64,000 nucleotides of DNA from an uncultured Acidobacteriota bacterium (GTDB lineage Bacteria; Acidobacteriota; UBA6911; RPQK01; CBDAPI01), in the NCBI GenBank assembly GCA_964565865.1, contig CAZMGM010000009.1:5070-69069 (forward strand), written 5' to 3'. Position 1 is the first letter of the stretch, and every line of letters starts with the position of its first letter. Below, one piece after another: positions 62,518-64,000 of the stretch. Position numbers and translations under genes: made by a program. Under the pieces are notes generated by a model that made no database searches, was not told the DNA's origin, and saw only the letters and a program-made list of their open reading frames with translations.

Positions 62518-63521
62518 CAGGGACTCGTCGCGTCATGCAGCAAGTGCAGATCCCAGCCAGTGTAGATCAATTTAGACAAGATGTCCTGAGAGGCCTCCGT
62601 TCAACCCCCAAACGAATCCCCTGTAAGTATTTCTACGACGCTTGGGGCTCGAAGTTGTTCGAGGAGATCTGCCACCTTCCCGAATACTATCTGACCCGGG
62701 CCGAGTTAGAGATCATGGAACGCAGTGTCGGGGAGATGTCTGCCTGGATGGGACCTCAGACCAGGCTCATCGAGTTCGGCAGTGGAAACAGCGTGAAGAC
62801 CAGGATTCTGCTGGACTCTTTGGACCAGCTTGCCGTCTATATGCCGGTCGATATCTCGCGAAGCCACCTGGGGTCTGTTTCTTCACAATTGGCTGTGGAT
62901 TACCCTGGCATTGAAGTGGTGCCACTGGCTGCCGATTACTTGTCTGCCTTCACTCTCCCGGTAGCGTCGGCCCCTTTTAGACGCACTATCGCTTATTTCC
63001 CCGGCTCCACCGTCGGAAACATGAATGACGCCGAGGCAGAATCTTTTCTGAAAAAGATTGGCGACCTTGTCGGTGAAGATGGAGCTCTTTTGATGGGAAT
63101 GGATCTAGTCAAAGATCCTGTCATTCTGGAGGCAGCTTACGACGATCGGGCAGGAGTCACGGCAAAGTTCAACCTAAACCTGCTGGAGCGGATGCGCCGG
63201 CAGCTTGGGGCTCAGGTCGTTTCGGCCAACTTCTCTCATTTTGTCCTCTACAACTCGACCCTGGAAAGAATCGAGATGTACGTCCGTTCAAACTGTCAGC
63301 AGACAATCATCGTTGGTGACCACGTATTCAGCGTCAAGAAAGACGAGCTGATTCATACGGAAAACTGTCACAAGTACAGTCCCGAGAAGGCTCTGGGCCT
63401 GGCTGCACGGGGTGGCTTTTCTGTGCGGAAGATGTGGTACGACTCGAATCAATATTTTAGTGTCCAGTACTGGGAAGCCAAGCCTCGTAAGATTTCCACC
63501 GCCGGCTCTTTTAATGGTTGA
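62514..63521 (+). CDS. egtD: L-histidine N-alpha-methyltransferase (EgtD-type, Methyltransf_33)
   Basis: IPCKYFYDAWGSKLFEEICHLPEYYLTRAELEI and EFGSGNSVKTRILL blocks characteristic of EgtD. Confidence 0.7.
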   Translation: MTGTRRVMQQVQIPASVDQFRQDVLRGLRSTPKRIPCKYFYDAWGSKLFEEICHLPEYYLTRAELEIMERSVGEMSAWMGPQTRLIEFGSGNSVKTRILLDSLDQLAVYMPVDISRSHLGSVSSQLAVDYPGIEVVPLAADYLSAFTLPVASAPFRRTIAYFPGSTVGNMNDAEAESFLKKIGDLVGEDGALLMGMDLVKDPVILEAAYDDRAGVTAKFNLNLLERMRRQLGAQVVSANFSHFVLYNSTLERIEMYVRSNCQQTIIVGDHVFSVKKDELIHTENCHKYSPEKALGLAARGGFSVRKMWYDSNQYFSVQYWEAKPRKISTAGSFNG

Positions 63522-63534
63522 TCGCTTGCTCCTC

Positions 63535-64000
63535 CTACTTCACACTGTACGCTCCAAACAGCTCGTAGTTCTTCAAAATCCGACCTAGGAAGAAACCGCA
63601 GCTGACCGGGAACCTCTCCCGCAGCTCCGAGTCGGATCTCTGATAGGCCTCACAGCAAGTCTGCACGAAAAGCAGGTCATAACCCTGTCCCACCCGGGCA
63701 TCGTTCTTGGCCGCCAGCGTAACCAGCGTCTGGGTCAGCTCTTCGAAAGCCTCCGTTCCCATTCCCAGGATCGCCTGAACCGTATTCGCTGAAGCATAGG
63801 GGTCGCTGTGGCTGACCAGGCTCCGCAAGGTGTTGAAAGGATTCATCGGGCAGACACTCTCCGCCAGGTCCACGACCACGCGGTTCTTAGAGTGCTCACG
63901 GCTCTTTCCGGAGGCTCGCTGAATCAAGAGGCAGGCAAGTGCTAGCCCCTGGCCTTTTTCACTTGCCGGAACCCGCTGCGCCCAGACACGACAGGATTCA
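63535..64000 (-). CDS. Hypothetical helical protein (possibly DinB/AhpD-like), N-terminus outside the window
   Basis: ORF open to the window edge. Alpha-helical composition. No firm family. Confidence 0.35.
   Translation of the reverse strand, partial: ESCRVWAQRVPASEKGQGLALACLLIQRASGKSREHSKNRVVVDLAESVCPMNPFNTLRSLVSHSDPYASANTVQAILGMGTEAFEELTQTLVTLAAKNDARVGQGYDLLFVQTCCEAYQRSDSELRERFPVSCGFFLGRILKNYELFGAYSVK

Overview
The sequence is a 64 kb chromosomal window of about 59% GC, probably from an Acidobacteria-type genome. The Acidobacteria call rests on two tandem VWFA-related Acidobacterial-domain genes; the lineage is an inference, not proven. The window is gene-dense and mostly housekeeping: nadA with a Nudix-type regulator (NrtR), sulfatase, prolyl oligopeptidase, fadD, yhhQ, lepB, folK, lptD, gpmI, a futalosine-pathway MqnA/D-family gene, a sulfur-carrier/MoeZ pair, iscA, folB, ygfZ, rpsD, DUF971 plus apbC/mrp, ggt, selA, purH, coaX, alaS, recX, ilvE, ftsK, RNase J, rsmA, trxA, purA and egtD. 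There are two intact tRNAs, Leu-CAG on the minus strand and Lys-UUU on the plus strand. No rRNA, CRISPR array, transposase or obvious prophage is visible. The most unusual signal is a family of intergenic arrays of exactly 7-bp-periodic repeats (consensus about yTTnRAC / GTYnAAr). They are often arranged as two inverted arrays around a short palindrome, and they share the 9-mer ACCTTCAAC. They occur at at least 5-6 loci, mostly in promoter regions. I cannot match them to any described element. Other items worth a second look: an NrtR-nadA unit with a 19-bp palindrome at the nadA promoter; a degenerate tRNA-like remnant after lepB; a ThiS/CysO-like carrier with a 7-residue extension past GG next to a MoeZ-type E1; an orphan selA; a decayed ECF sigma-factor remnant in an AT-rich patch; a frameshifted alpha/beta-hydrolase; a 21-bp inverted-repeat pair between the two VWA genes; and a small ORF translationally coupled to egtD. 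Coordinates of features I located by hand-counting may be off by 1-3 nt; gene coordinates follow the ORF track.
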